From the NCBI RefSeq assembly GCF_009914755.1, contig NC_060928.1: a DNA stretch of 64,000 bases; one strand, written 5' to 3'. Each line of letters starts with the position of its first letter. Position 1 is the first letter of the stretch. The notes under the pieces were generated by a model. That model was not told the DNA's origin and searched no databases. It saw nothing but the letters and a program-made list of their open reading frames with translations. Shown here piece after piece: positions 42,701-56,480 of this stretch. The stretch comes from the human T2T-CHM13v2.0 reference genome, Homo sapiens. A program made the translations under genes and the position numbers.

Positions 42701-45700
42701 TATAAAACAATTCTTGATGCTACAAAGCTTGCTTTTCCACACTATTGTCAAAATCCCACCTTGTTCGAGCCCCAATTAAAATACCATTTTCTCTAATCCA
42801 TCTTTCCCGATCCTCTAAGAAACTTCAATTCTCTGAGCAATTTATTATCATCTTCTGGAACTCCATCGCTTAAGACGATCAAAGAGTTTCTTTATTGTAT
42901 AAGTTACTTCTGCGCATGTCTTTTGAAGGAATAAATAAATGCATTGATTATATCTGCCTTATAGCACTCCATCACCTTCTATCTTAAATTACAGTAACTA
43001 GCGTTCCTGTCTTCCTGCACTAAATTGTAAGCTCTTTCAATGGCTTCCTGGCTTATTCTCTCATCTTTTCCTCCGGTCCTTGATGGATGTATAATAAATG
43101 AATGAGTAAATTATATGAAAATGCAAGTATGATTTTTTTAATATACAGTTACAACTTCGACATCCACAGTTGGGTCTGACCACTTGTTAAGTTGTACCCA
43201 GAACTTAGGTCTTTCTCGCTCTCCACGTTCCCTATCAAGGCCATCTTTTCAATACCAAACAAATTAGAAAGAATACAATCAGCTAACTTACACTAACATA
43301 CTAACAAATGGGACAACAGTCTTCAAGGTCTGGAAGAGGAGAGCAGAGAACTCATCATTGCCTGCTCAAGCCCATCTACCAGGAGGGGAAACTCCAGATA
43401 CTGTGGGCCACTTGGCACTTAGGAACTCATGGTACTGATCTGTATATTGGGCAGATATAGTTTTTTGGTGATAGTCTTAAAAATCATGTGTCACCTGTCA
43501 TGACACTTGCCAGATGAAATTCTGATTTTATTTCCCAAGAGAATGCACTGACAAATTAATAATCTGACCTTTAAACGGGTGATATTTCTCCATGTCAATC
43601 AACAAGAGGCCATTCTGTTTTGTTGACCAGATAAAATACTCTTTCACTCTCTGAGGGGTTAGCGAGAGTGCATGCAGATTTCTCCAATGCTTTGCTTTTG
43701 GTTGGAAGCAGAAACATTTAAATTTCAAGGCAACACTTTTCCTAATTCCTACTGAACTCAAAAGCTCTAGTGGTTCAGTGATCCCATTGGTAACAAATAC
43801 TTAGAGGGCCAGAGTCCTTCTGGGTCCTATCCTTACGCTCCTGTTCTCTCCTCCTCTCAGGCCTTTTCTGCACCATGCAAACCCAGCACCTCTTCTCACA
43901 GGCTGGGCTAAAGGCAGAATGCAATACCATGACTGAGGAGCCTGGGAATGAGGCAATTCATTAACAGAACATTCCCCAGGAAACATAATTTTCTGATCAT
44001 AATCTCTTTGTTCCTGACAGTTGCAAAATTAAATACCAGAGCCAAAAAAAAGTGAGGCACCGTTTTAAGGGTACGTTTTCCTAATTCGATCTTCAAAGGA
44101 AGCACAAGCTTAGGGTTCGAAATCATTATGATGTAATATTATGCCACATAATAATACATAGATCCAATCATTTTACCAGATAACCGTCAATATAAAGCAC
44201 TGACAGGACATTTGGGACTTCGGGTCAACAGGAAGGTGGTTTTTCAAACTAAACTATATTATTTATGGCTTTGATTGTCATTTACTTTTACAACATAAGG
44301 GTGATGGTAATTCTGCTCTTCTGCCAATAAATCTAAAAATTAATTGAAAATGTAGTCAAAATCCTTGGCACACTTTAGAAGGAAGATTTTTTTAATTAAA
44401 AAAGCCATATTAATCATTATATAAATGAGTTATATTAGTCCTGTAAAATTAAATCTATGGTGGAAAGGAAGTCAGTGAGTGATATAATCGGATTTCAGAA
44501 CACATATCATATAAAAAGTTATGTTTCTAAATAAAGTGAGTGTGAAAGAATTCAGGATATATTATCAGTCATCTGAGTTACTGCCCTAAGACAGCCCTTC
44601 TCCCAAAACAGATATGGTTTCTCTGACAAAGAAGATAAGTGTGCCTTCTCATATTTTTATTATTTTCTTAACTGTCAGACATAACTCATATGTAGTTAAG
44701 TTGCTCAGAAGGTTAAATTCGGAGGAAAAATTCTACAAGTGGTTTAAATGAGCCAAATCATTTTTGGTTGCGTCATGTTTCCTCCGTTGAAAAAGTCTCG
44801 ATGACTTAAAAAGGATTGCTTTGATACTTAGCTTAGTGTTTTACCCAAAAAGCATACTGACCAAAAACAAACAAACAAAAAACCCATAACAAAACAAACA
44901 TTTAAAGATATGTAGACCAGATCAGTTTTCTCCTGATGAAAGTCACATGGAACCACACGCAGGTTACCTTGCTTTCAGCAGGTCCCTTTCCTTGGGTGTG
45001 AATTTTATTTGTTACAATAACCTACTTGGCCTAGTTACTCAGCCATCCTTCGTTCACTCTTGGTAGTGGACATGGCAAGATGGTGGGTAAAAACACGTAA
45101 ACAAGACTGCTCTCTCGTGGAGGTCACTTGCACATGGAAAGACTGGACACGTCAAAACACTTCATTAACATGATATAAAAATAATACAACATGTAAAGTG
45201 GTATCGGCGCATCTAAGACAAAGCGATTCAATGTTAAATCCCTCTTTGGGAAATAATTTAAGATTGCAGAAAATGTTTCTGAGAAATTCCAATGTAAACG
45301 TCCTTAAAAGTCCCTACTTTTTAGTATTTGGTATTATACTTATAGATTTTGTGATTTTCCAGATTTTTCATTAAAAGTTAATATGCATAAAACTCTTGGG
45401 ATGGTAGCAAGTACAGAGTGAAATCTATATAAATTATTATTATTATCAATATCTTTTGGAGTGAACAAATTGAACATTTTTTGAATAATCTTTTGCGTAG
45501 TTGACTGAATACTAGTTAATAGGTTTCTATTGTTTTCTTGAGTTAAATCAGAAGCAGATATTTTGATTGACTGTGTAAGGTCTTGCAGCTTCTATGGTTT
45601 TTTTTAACTTGAAAAGGTCTTCCCAGACTGATACCTCTTTCTGTCTTGAACTCTCTGTTCAACTATATTCTAAAGCCTTAAAATGAAGATCTTCAATTTT

Positions 45701-47021
45701 ATAACTCTGGATTTAAACTTTTCTTTCTTATTCTTTTTTATTTTACAAAAGAAAATTTTAACTCTTTAGGTTGATTATATTTCTTGATGAATGTGACTGT
45801 ACCAAGAGGCTTTAAAAAAATTGAGATTAGAAATCAGTTTTTCTTATCTTCTGAATTATTCACCATATGATGTGTTGCATTTGAGCTTTATCTATGCTTC
45901 TGGTAATATTTCTGTCTTATATAATTGTTAAAGTATAATGCTTCTCACCAGGAAGACTATATATATATATGTTTAATAATAGCCTTTTTAAATTTTCATG
46001 TGTTTTTTCTTCTCCTTTGTTTTCTGATTTTTAAAAAATCAGAAAAATGTCTGAATTGTCACTTTATCTGTAGATTCAAAGAGCACTTTCTAATCATGTG
46101 TTGGCATTAGCACAACACCGGGGAAGATCTGATTGCTGTAAGCCGTTCATTCATTCAGCAAATACTGACTGAATATGCAGTATGTTGACCTGTTTGCTGA
46201 GGGCCTCTCTGTTCCGGCTGCCATTCTAAAGCGAGTCAAGTTTTCCCTGTAACTTTTATTCTGCAGAAGTAACCTGTACCTTTTTCCATTCTCTTGCCAT
46301 TCACCACTCTCCTGACCTCCCTTTGCGTAAACTGGTTTAAGCCTGGCGCTCTAGGTCCATCCAACAACACCGGTCTATTCACACTGTAGCAGAGCAACCA
46401 AGCAGTTATACAATTTTCATCTTAACTACTAGTAATACTATGCTATAAAAATTTTGAAACCTAGATTTTGAGATATTGAGCAAACTAAAATATGTAGTAT
46501 TTACTATAGTGCAAGAATACGTCTGACGGGTTAAATGCACGCGTTTTGGAAAGTGCTCAAACCCTTCACCAGATGACACAGTTATAGCACAACAACAGCT
46601 GAGGTTATTGTTATCTAATCTCCTTTCCCTCGTTAACTTTAGCACAGAGAACTGAAATAATTGGGTGTGAAGGCATCTTGATAATCTACCAAAAAGGCTC
46701 ATTTTTAAGCAGCCAAGCGTTGCTCTCTTAAACTTTTGTTGTTTAGTAGCATAAAGTGTAGGCAACCTGTATGAAGTATAAATATCTGGTATTAAAAAGA
46801 CCCAGTGAGGCAGAAGTCGCTGACTCCTCTCAATAGGTGGAAGAGGATTCTCCATGCAGCCGAAGGCTTAATGAAGCACATTTCCACCAGCCAGGCTGCT
46901 GCCTCTGTGGTGTTACCTCTTCAGAGGACTCAGTGCCTCTGAGAAGCTGGCTGTCCTCAGCGAGAAGTAAGTACAGGGACTTCTGTTTAGAGGAGACTAG
47001 AATGAATATTTATACTAATAA

Positions 47022-47480
<459 letters not shown>

Positions 47481-50160
47481 CTATAGTTTGTTGGACTCCT
47501 TGCGGCTAATCCTTGCAGCTATATTAGTCTCTGAGGGATGCTGAATTGAATAGAACATCAGAAGATTTGGAGCCTGACGGGTTTATGTTGCCCCTGTCCT
47601 CAAATTCAACTATTCCAGAAAAAATGTACTAGGACAAGGAACCTGAAAAGAAGAACTATTTCTAACAATGGATTGGATGAACTCTCCCATTCAAAGCAGA
47701 GGATATAATTCATTATAAGACTTGTAATTTACTTTAACCACTGGGAAAACATCTCAGAGGGAAGAGAGAAAAACTGAATTTCTGATTAAATTTAAAAAAT
47801 CAAAAATTTAATAAGTAGGCAACCGTATAAATGAACAGAAAAAAACAAAATATCACCGAAACTTTCAGATAATGTTCTTTGTTAAAAATAAGTTTCCCTA
47901 AATTATAATATGAATATATAAAGAGAAATTAGAAAATATAATGAGAACATTACCAGGCCTTTTTGTTTTCTTTCTTTTTTATTGTGTTTTTGTTTTTTTG
48001 AGGTGGGAAAATCTTTGAAAGTAAGACCCTTGATTGGATTCAGGAAAGTGAAAGCTTTCTGAATTTTTGCTCAAATAATGCTTCTCTAAGGTACAGAATT
48101 TAATGCTGAATTTATGTCTACCTCACCTGTATAGGGAAGAGGAAACCACTGCTTTTTTGGCCAAAATTCCTACTTGGTAAACTAGTATATTTCCGTTTTG
48201 AAGACCAAGGTGCAGTGAAGTGTGGTGGAGTTCCATATGGATCTGTTATGCTGCAAACACCAAAGTAAAAACCCGTCTTTGCTGGTTCCCCGTCATTTAT
48301 TCAGCAAATATCATCTTAATTGAACTTAAGCTGAAACGTGAGTTCTTATTTGCCAATACTCAGAACTCAACAGTTGCAGAAGTGTTTCCTTTTAACTGCA
48401 TGTCCATGTCTTGAGTTTTTCAGAAATAATACAGAAAAACATATTTTGAAAACATATTTATCTGTATTTTTCCACGTGACAGTGGCAGTTTAGGATTTAA
48501 CAGGCATATCCATAATTAAATTGTTAGTTTGAGGAACTTTCAGAAAATTATCTAATGCAATCATATATCACAAGTCTTCTTTATAAAATACAAGTGCAAC
48601 TCATTTCATTATGCTATCCATGTAGTTAGACATAACTGAGACCTTTAAAAATATTATAAATGACTTAAAATAGAAAATGTTAGAAACAGTACAGGCATAT
48701 TACAAAATCATGGTTTCTGAAATCTAATTACTATATGCAATTTAAAATAATTAAACATGATTAGTCTTTAAGATGAATAGAACCAATTCCAACTTTAGCT
48801 ATTATTTAATTATAGCATGCTGTACATTAAAATCAGCTGGAAGATAGCCAAAATAAGCTTTAAAGGACAGCATGATAATTAAGAATTGCTATTTATCTTA
48901 CTTTTATTAGAAAACTCAATGCTGGAATGAATGCAATAATGTCAAGAAATATGAATTTAAATAATTTCCTAAATATTTTACTTTCTAATTCCAAATATCA
49001 GGATATTTTAAACTTCCTCATCAATTCTACTTTATATACAAAAATTCATACAGTATTAATTAGAACTTTTGCTTTCAACACAAATATCTTAAAGACAAGG
49101 AATTATGTATTTATAACTTCTTAATAAAACTATGGGTACATTCTTATTTTTGATTGTGGCAGTTTTTTCATAAAAAGGCTACTGAAATCAGGCTTATTTA
49201 AAAAATACTAATAATGTTATCTAATATAGAACAGAGGGTAGGAAGTCTCTGTAAACAAACCTATATCTATATCAAGAGTGATTCTAAGAGAATATTCTCT
49301 CCCTTACCCAGGTACTCAAGTTGTAGGGTAACATAACTAGTGTAATGTAACTAGTGATTTCCAGTCACCTTTTAGGTTTACTTAGGAACATTAAAAGAAA
49401 TGCTGCCATTGTAGACTTCATTTCAATTATTTAATCTCTTTCCAGTTCACGACCTTTACTTTCTTCTGGTTTCAGCAAGAAAAACAACTTCATAAGTGTC
49501 TTACATTATAATCGGCTGCTAATCATCATCAACTCAACATTAGTTTTAAACAGTCTGATTCCATAACAAATTTGTAATAGGGATATTTTCTATACATTTT
49601 ATAATAGCCATGGATAGAAAAATAGTATTATTTATATACTAAAACATTCAAGTTGTTTTGTTTAAAACATACATTGTAAAATTTTCCCTCGGGAAATTTG
49701 GATTTATTATAGGACAGTTGTAGCTTTTATGAAATTGGGATCCTGAAGCCATATTTTCAAATCAGAAAAATGAAAGCCTCATTGTTGTTTTTCAAATGTT
49801 TTAAGTTTCCTTGATAAAAGGCAGTATTAGGACTTCTATTTCTAGGTCAAGTCTATATTTACAGTAACTAATAGGAAAATATTGAAGTCTGAGGTTACCA
49901 GTACAATGTCTGAATGCAAAATTCTGGACACTGGACAAAGTACTTTAGAATCAGAGGCCAGCAAAGCTCTGGAAGGCTGTGAACAGGGACAAATGCAATA
50001 TGGTTCAGCAGACAGAAAGTCAGAAGTAAGATTCAGATGTAGCCAAGCAGGGTGGGGGACAGTGAGGGGGGATGTCTAGCTGGACTTGAAGGGCGTATGA
50101 AAGCAGCTGTCCTTGCAGGGGAGATTTAAAGGAAATGACTCTTCAGGGGGCACTGCATTT

Positions 50161-50162
<2 letters not shown>

Positions 50163-50193
<31 letters not shown>
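50163..50193 (+). repeat. Pure A31 mononucleotide run
   Basis: Uninterrupted A-run with no adjacent Alu or L1 body. Confidence 0.95.
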
Positions 50194-50197
<4 letters not shown>

Positions 50198-50273
50198 ATA
50201 TAGTATGTTTTGGAAATTCCAAAATATTTGATATTGCCGGCAGAAGAGTTGGAAAGTGGCAGAAAATAAGGGT

Positions 50274-50283
50274 CTAAAAATAG
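50274..50283. promoter_or_regulatory. Optimal MEF2 site
   Basis: CTAAAAATAG exact match. Confidence 0.45.
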
Positions 50284-51648
50284 CCATAAGCGAAAGTGCA
50301 AAGTCTTGAAGGATAGAGATTATGTCTCTGAACCTGGTTCTCAAAATTGTTGAATTATTAACTATGGAGATGCGCTGTACAGAATTGAACTTAAAATGGT
50401 CATCTGTGTATAGCATGTCATCTTAAAAGGTTACTAAAATAGGAAAGAACTTGCACAGGTATAAAGTGTGTGCCATTCCTCCCGTGGGCTAAGGGTCTTG
50501 TCTCACTTGGTGCCACTATCAATGCAACAGGCACAGCAGTCGGGTGTGCCCTGGATATTTCTACACCTCATTCTTCTAAAAGCTCCCCCAAGAAAAATTA
50601 ATAGGAAATCAGGTGCTTGCTGCAGGTCTTTGCACTGTGTCAATTCTAAGAAATCCTTTGGCAGTGTAAAGCTTTGAAGGAAATTAAATTGGAGAGAGAT
50701 TTTCTCTACCTTTCATTCAGCTCATATAGAATCCCTTACTTAGCTGATATTTTTGCTCATAGAATTGGACTCAGAACTAAGTCTGTTCATTTAGCTTTCC
50801 TTTGAATGTTAAACATAATGAAGTACAAGGCCGTCACCTCACCATTTTATCCCCTACAACCCGCATAGGCGTACACTTATCACCAAACGTTTGCACATGT
50901 TTGGCTCCACTGAGATTCTTAGTCTCTATCTTTATATTTTGACTATTTTGACATTTAGAACAAAAGTTTGGAAAACTATTCTCCTACTGCTTTAGCATTC
51001 TCTTATCTTAGGGCTTATGAACATTGCTACATCTCTGAAACAGGCGGTTCCTGCCCATATCTATCAGTGAAAATTATACTTAAAATTCTGAAGAGACTCA
51101 TGTCATCCAGATTTTGGAGGAAAAAGGTAGCAAATAAAAATATACTTCTTAGAAGTAGATCTCAGTTACTACTTATTTTAAATTTCACAGTAGATTCCAT
51201 CTTTTGTAGATAGGGGTTTTATTCAAAGTTTTTGACCAAACATTTTTATTAAATATTTTCAATAGTATTATAAGTGATCTGACATTTTTGGTAACAAAAC
51301 AACCAAAGAACTGACTTGAGTAAAGCTGAAATGTTGCTGAACCAGAATCTAATCCTTACTCCGTCATTTTCTTACCAGGGATTTTGATTTGACTGACCAG
51401 TTTCAATCCACAGTAACAGCTTTGTTCCTAAGAGACTATAAATCAAGGAAATACTCACTACCAGGCAATTCCTCCTGCAATTCGGGGTCTGTGCTGTTAT
51501 TATGAAGCAACTGACAGCAAACATTTGCTGCAAGTATGAGCGCAGATTTGGATGAGGTGTGCGGTGTTTTTGGTTTCACTCTTTATCTCTGAAGCCTATC
51601 TGCTTGTGAGAAAAATTGTGCAAGAAAAGAAGTTTTACTGCCACATAC

Positions 51649-51820
51649 CTCAGCTGTCCTAGAACTCAATGCAGAGGCTTCGCTTCCTTTCTTTCCTTGG
51701 ATTCTGAGCCGGGGGAGCACAATGGGGGTCTTGTGCTCTGGGCCAGCAAGGCATGCAGATACTCGGAAAGGAGGTGTGAACGGCTTCCAATACCTACACT
51801 GTTTGCTTTACAACTACCCC
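51649..51820 (-). other. Candidate alternative non-coding first exon (5' end uncertain)
   Basis: Donor CTGAG|gtatgt at 51649/51648; unique, higher-GC sequence. Confidence 0.45.
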
Positions 51821-52234
51821 AACTAAATCAAACAGGACACCAAGACACTCAGTCCAGGGTAAGCAAGTACAAAATCCACTGGCTATTATGACCCACATAG
51901 AGAACAGAATTCTTCAATTTAAGTGTGTACATAGCTGTGTTAAGAGTTAAATAAATCATTTACGAGGCTTAAAAAGAAATGCTTCTCATGTAGTTCTTTT
52001 TCATGTAGTTCTCTGAATACAAGTCAAAGTGCAGGTCACGAAAGAATCCATTGTTCACAAGCGAGAAATGTTGTTGGCTGTGAGGACGGTTCAGAACAAG
52101 CCATCGTAGTCTGCTCAAACAGTAAATATTGGTTTTAAAACCCCAAAGCATATCGGTCATGTTTTTTATCTTCCAATTGCTAGAACCAAAATTCACTGAA
52201 ACAACTCTATGTCTCTGATACTATTTTCTAGAAA

Positions 52235-52272
52235 TGTGTGTGTATGCGTGTGTGTATGTGTCTGTGTATGTT
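52235..52272. repeat. Interrupted (TG)n microsatellite
   Basis: tgtgtgtgtatgcgtgtgtgtatgtgtctgtgtatgt. Confidence 0.85.
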
Positions 52273-52374
52273 TGTTTGGTAAATCCAAATCACACAATCA
52301 ACGTAAATCTTTCAGGCTAAGTTTTGCCCCAGTTATTTTTATGCTGTGCTTTCAAAAAGGTCAAAAAAGCTTAC

Positions 52375-52970
52375 CTCTGTCAGTGTACTGGGACGCTCAG
52401 GAAGCCCCTTCTCCGCCTCGGCCTCAGCGTGCAGACATATGCCCTGGGAGCCCACAATCTGTTAACAGGAAGCAGGTAAACCCGAGAGCGTCCGCCTGCG
52501 TTCCAGTCCAGTGCCCGTCCCAGCACACACCTGCTTTTTCAGACCTGCCGCTCATATGCCACAGCCACGCACAGGACCAGCGTTAGCAGAGTGCAACACC
52601 CTCCGTTTGGATCCCTCGTTTTCAGGGTAAGCAGCTAGGGAGCTGCTGAGATAATATTGCAGGGAAAGCTTGCCTTCCCAAGACAAAAACCTTTGCTGCT
52701 GCCTGATAGCAGATATGCAGCATTATCACTCTGCATTCCACATTCTCCAATCAGCTAATTGGAACGGCAGTCAACAGCCTGTCCAAAAGGCAGCTTGCAG
52801 GCCTGCGTGGCTGTGATCATTGTATACTAACATGCCCATTGCTTCTCTCTTCCCTGAAGAGATGTATAAAAGAGGCTTCTTCCAGGGCGAAGCTCAGCAG
52901 AATATGCCACACTGTTTTCCATAAGTAAAATGGCTGGTCCTCTCAGCTCTGCTGCAGACAGCTCATTGGG
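52375..52970 (-). other. Candidate alternative non-coding first exon/promoter (5' end uncertain)
   Basis: Strong donor ACAGAG|gtaagc at 52375/52374; locally CpG-enriched, repeat-free; possible internal acceptor cttcctgttaacag| at 52459/52458. Confidence 0.55.
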
Positions 52971-54898
52971 TTCCACTGGCTTTTCGTAGCCATAGCAACA
53001 ACCAACAGACAGACTTAGCAAGCATGGCTGATCATGTGCAGCACACTCACACAGCTTGTTAATTTCTTTTCATCAAACTCATCATTTTTTTGAGGAGGGT
53101 AGCTTCTGTTATCTTTCTACACATTTCACCGATAGTGCAAGTGCTCCGATTTTTCTGCTCTCCTGAAGAACTCTTTTTTATATGAGCCGGGGCTATGTAT
53201 GAAATCGAGGAAGTGAAGCCCTATTAGTGGCTATCCAGGTTAATAACATGCAAATCACTTAAGAGACCCTAACTGGAAGCATTGTCAAAACAAGCCCCAC
53301 CTTCCAGTCATAGAATGAGTGCAGAGAGCTGCAAACGGGAGAGTTACACTTTTTGTTTTTAAATGATAATCTTAGAGCCACTTAATTGAACAAAACCCTG
53401 TGAATTGCTATATAGGGTCAGAATAATAACTAAATCAGGTAGACTATTTTAATAAGATATTTAAATATCCATTTACTTATGGCTCAACTTATCTGATTAC
53501 TTTAAGATGCTTTTTATGCAATTTAAAATAGAATTTTTAAAAAATCCTATTGCTTCTACGGCAGAAAATGATTCTTTAACTCAATCTTATTTGTAAATTA
53601 AAAATTCTTTTTAAAAAATCCGCACCTAATTAAAAATTCTTTGACTTTAAACATTACCTTCAAGGCAAGAATAGTTTTACTTCCTCAGTAAAATGGATCA
53701 CATTCCACCCGTCCATAACATTTCACCTCCTCTGGGAATCTACCATGATTAATGCCATGAACAACGTAAATCTTCTGCAGAACCCCCAGGCTTTTCTTCT
53801 TTTTCAGGACTCTATCACCAGTCATATTCTATCTGATATATTTCCAAGGCACTGTCCCATTTATTTTTGTTTCTAGCAATCTGTTTCAAATAGTTATGTT
53901 AACACTTTGGACTTGTAAATATAGATGTTCTATTTGCTAAGTAGTCATTGATTTAGGATTCCGCCAGTATTGCGTTTCCCTACCCATGTTAACACTCCTG
54001 CCTTCAGTATTAATTCCCAAATTTTGACTGCATAGAAATCCTGTGGATGTAGATTTGGGGATGCCCGCTCCCCTTCCTCCCCAACCGGATTCACATTAGG
54101 TAGGTCTGAGCCACCCAGGGTCAGCGTATCCATGGAGGACAAGTGGGTGGCGCTTTCCTGCTTGGGAGAGTCCTCACCGCTTCAGATCGCCTCCAGCCAG
54201 CCTACCTTTTCTCACTGAAGTTCCCTTCCCTGAAGTTATTTTGCATTTGCTGTTGCTGAGCGTGCCCCTGCCTTCGCCCTCAGCCTCCCATTCTACTATT
54301 CACTGCCCACGTTTCAGAATCCTGCATTACACACCATTTCCTTGCCCTGCAGATGCTGCTACTATTAAAAACCTTCTCAATCTGACTGCTCCTCGCCCCA
54401 GCACCTTTAACCTCCATCCCAATCTGCCTCCTCTTTTATCTTCCAACACCTGGCCCAAATGGACCACCTCACTCGTGACTCTCCCAGGTGGGGTCTGAGC
54501 GACCTCTTCTGCGCCTCCCCTGTACCGGGGTCCACCTCTGCTATTACAGGCCTTGTCACGCCCTGGGACTTCTTAGCAGTTCTCCTTTTATGTCTGACTC
54601 CCAGACTGTTCTATCAACTCTCTGGAAGCCAATCTGGTCCATGTCTTCTTTGCCCTCCATGCTTGGAATATTCTAATTTCTCAATGCCTCTAAATGAGGA
54701 CCTACGACACTGTATGAATAGGGACTGATGACTGGCTGGTGTGAAATCTGTGTTTTAATTTACTTTTCAACATCACACATTTGTTGACTCATCACTTCAG
54801 AAGAACTTCAGTGATTTTGACAAAATGCTGGCATGTTACAAAAGGATATCAAGAAAACTCTAGGTGCACTTGATGTTTTAGGGTGGCTTTTCTTTTCA

Positions 54899-55508
<610 letters not shown>

Positions 55509-55834
55509 TCACTCTGCTGCCAGTCTGTTCTTCCAAGGCTCTTGGCTCCTTCGCCTGCTCGAAGCCCCTCCCTTGTAACTTGGTGCACTGAGGCCCATTG
55601 GCATTGCTCTGACCTCAGGCCCTGCCCTAGCCCAGGTCCCTGACGTTTATTCTCCTTCCAAACGTGTTTGTTTTAAAATGTGCTAGATACAGATTTCCAA
55701 GAGACAAATCTGATTTTTCCAGCCCATCTTTCTGAGTCAAGTGAGATACCACCTATGTGGCCAGCAGCTTTATACATGGGCTGCCCTGTGCCTTGGTCCA
55801 ATCAGCTATGACAAGGACACTTGGCATTATCTAG

Positions 55835-56010
55835 TTTTAAAATTTTGCTAATATAATAGGTGCAGAGTAATGGCCCATTATTGTTTGAATGTGTGTTTCT
55901 CTAATTACTGACAAATTGAACATCTTTTCATTGTTGATGGTTTTCAGGGTTCCCTCTTCTGTAAATTTTCTGTTCATAGCTTTTGCCTGTTTTCTCTATT
56001 GAGATTGTTG
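55835..56010 (-). mobile_element. Old L1M fragment
   Basis: ttttgctaat...ataggtg...tttctctaattact...ttgaacatcttttca. Confidence 0.55.
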
Positions 56011-56317
56011 TCTTAGTGTGGAATTTTAAACAACGTGGTCATAAAGGTATTTTTTATATATATTTAAACATTATAATTAAATTTGTTATATTATTAAAGG
56101 TTATTAAGATATCCACTAACATATAAAGGGAACCCTATAATTCACACTGCTAGTTGTTTTGGTTTTTATTATGAAATGAAAATACAGAATGTGTGTGAAA
56201 ATCTCCATTCAGAAATTATGTTCAGTATGAAAGCGTAGAATACCACACCATAATATGATTTTCTAAGACAAATATTTGTTTAGAAGGATTTTCAAACAAA
56301 TATATTATCATCAAAGA

Positions 56318-56480
56318 ATACATATACACACACATATATATGCTCTAATAGTATACGCACACACATATATATGGAGAGAGAGAGAGAGCTATCTATCTAT
56401 CTAGCTTCTATTTTAAGTTATACCGTATGCACACCTACACATCAATCAATCTACCTATCTATCATCTGTGTATCATCTAT
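56318..56480. repeat. Compound microsatellite (CA/TA/GA/TCTA)
   Basis: Directly visible di- and tetranucleotide runs. Confidence 0.85.

Noticed and set aside
44962-44970. Minus-strand donor-like AAG|gtaacc
   Set aside because: No clear acceptor or promoter partner; weak on its own
46406-46855. 149-aa minus-strand ORF
   Set aside because: No recognisable domain or convincing splice sites; composition typical of non-coding DNA
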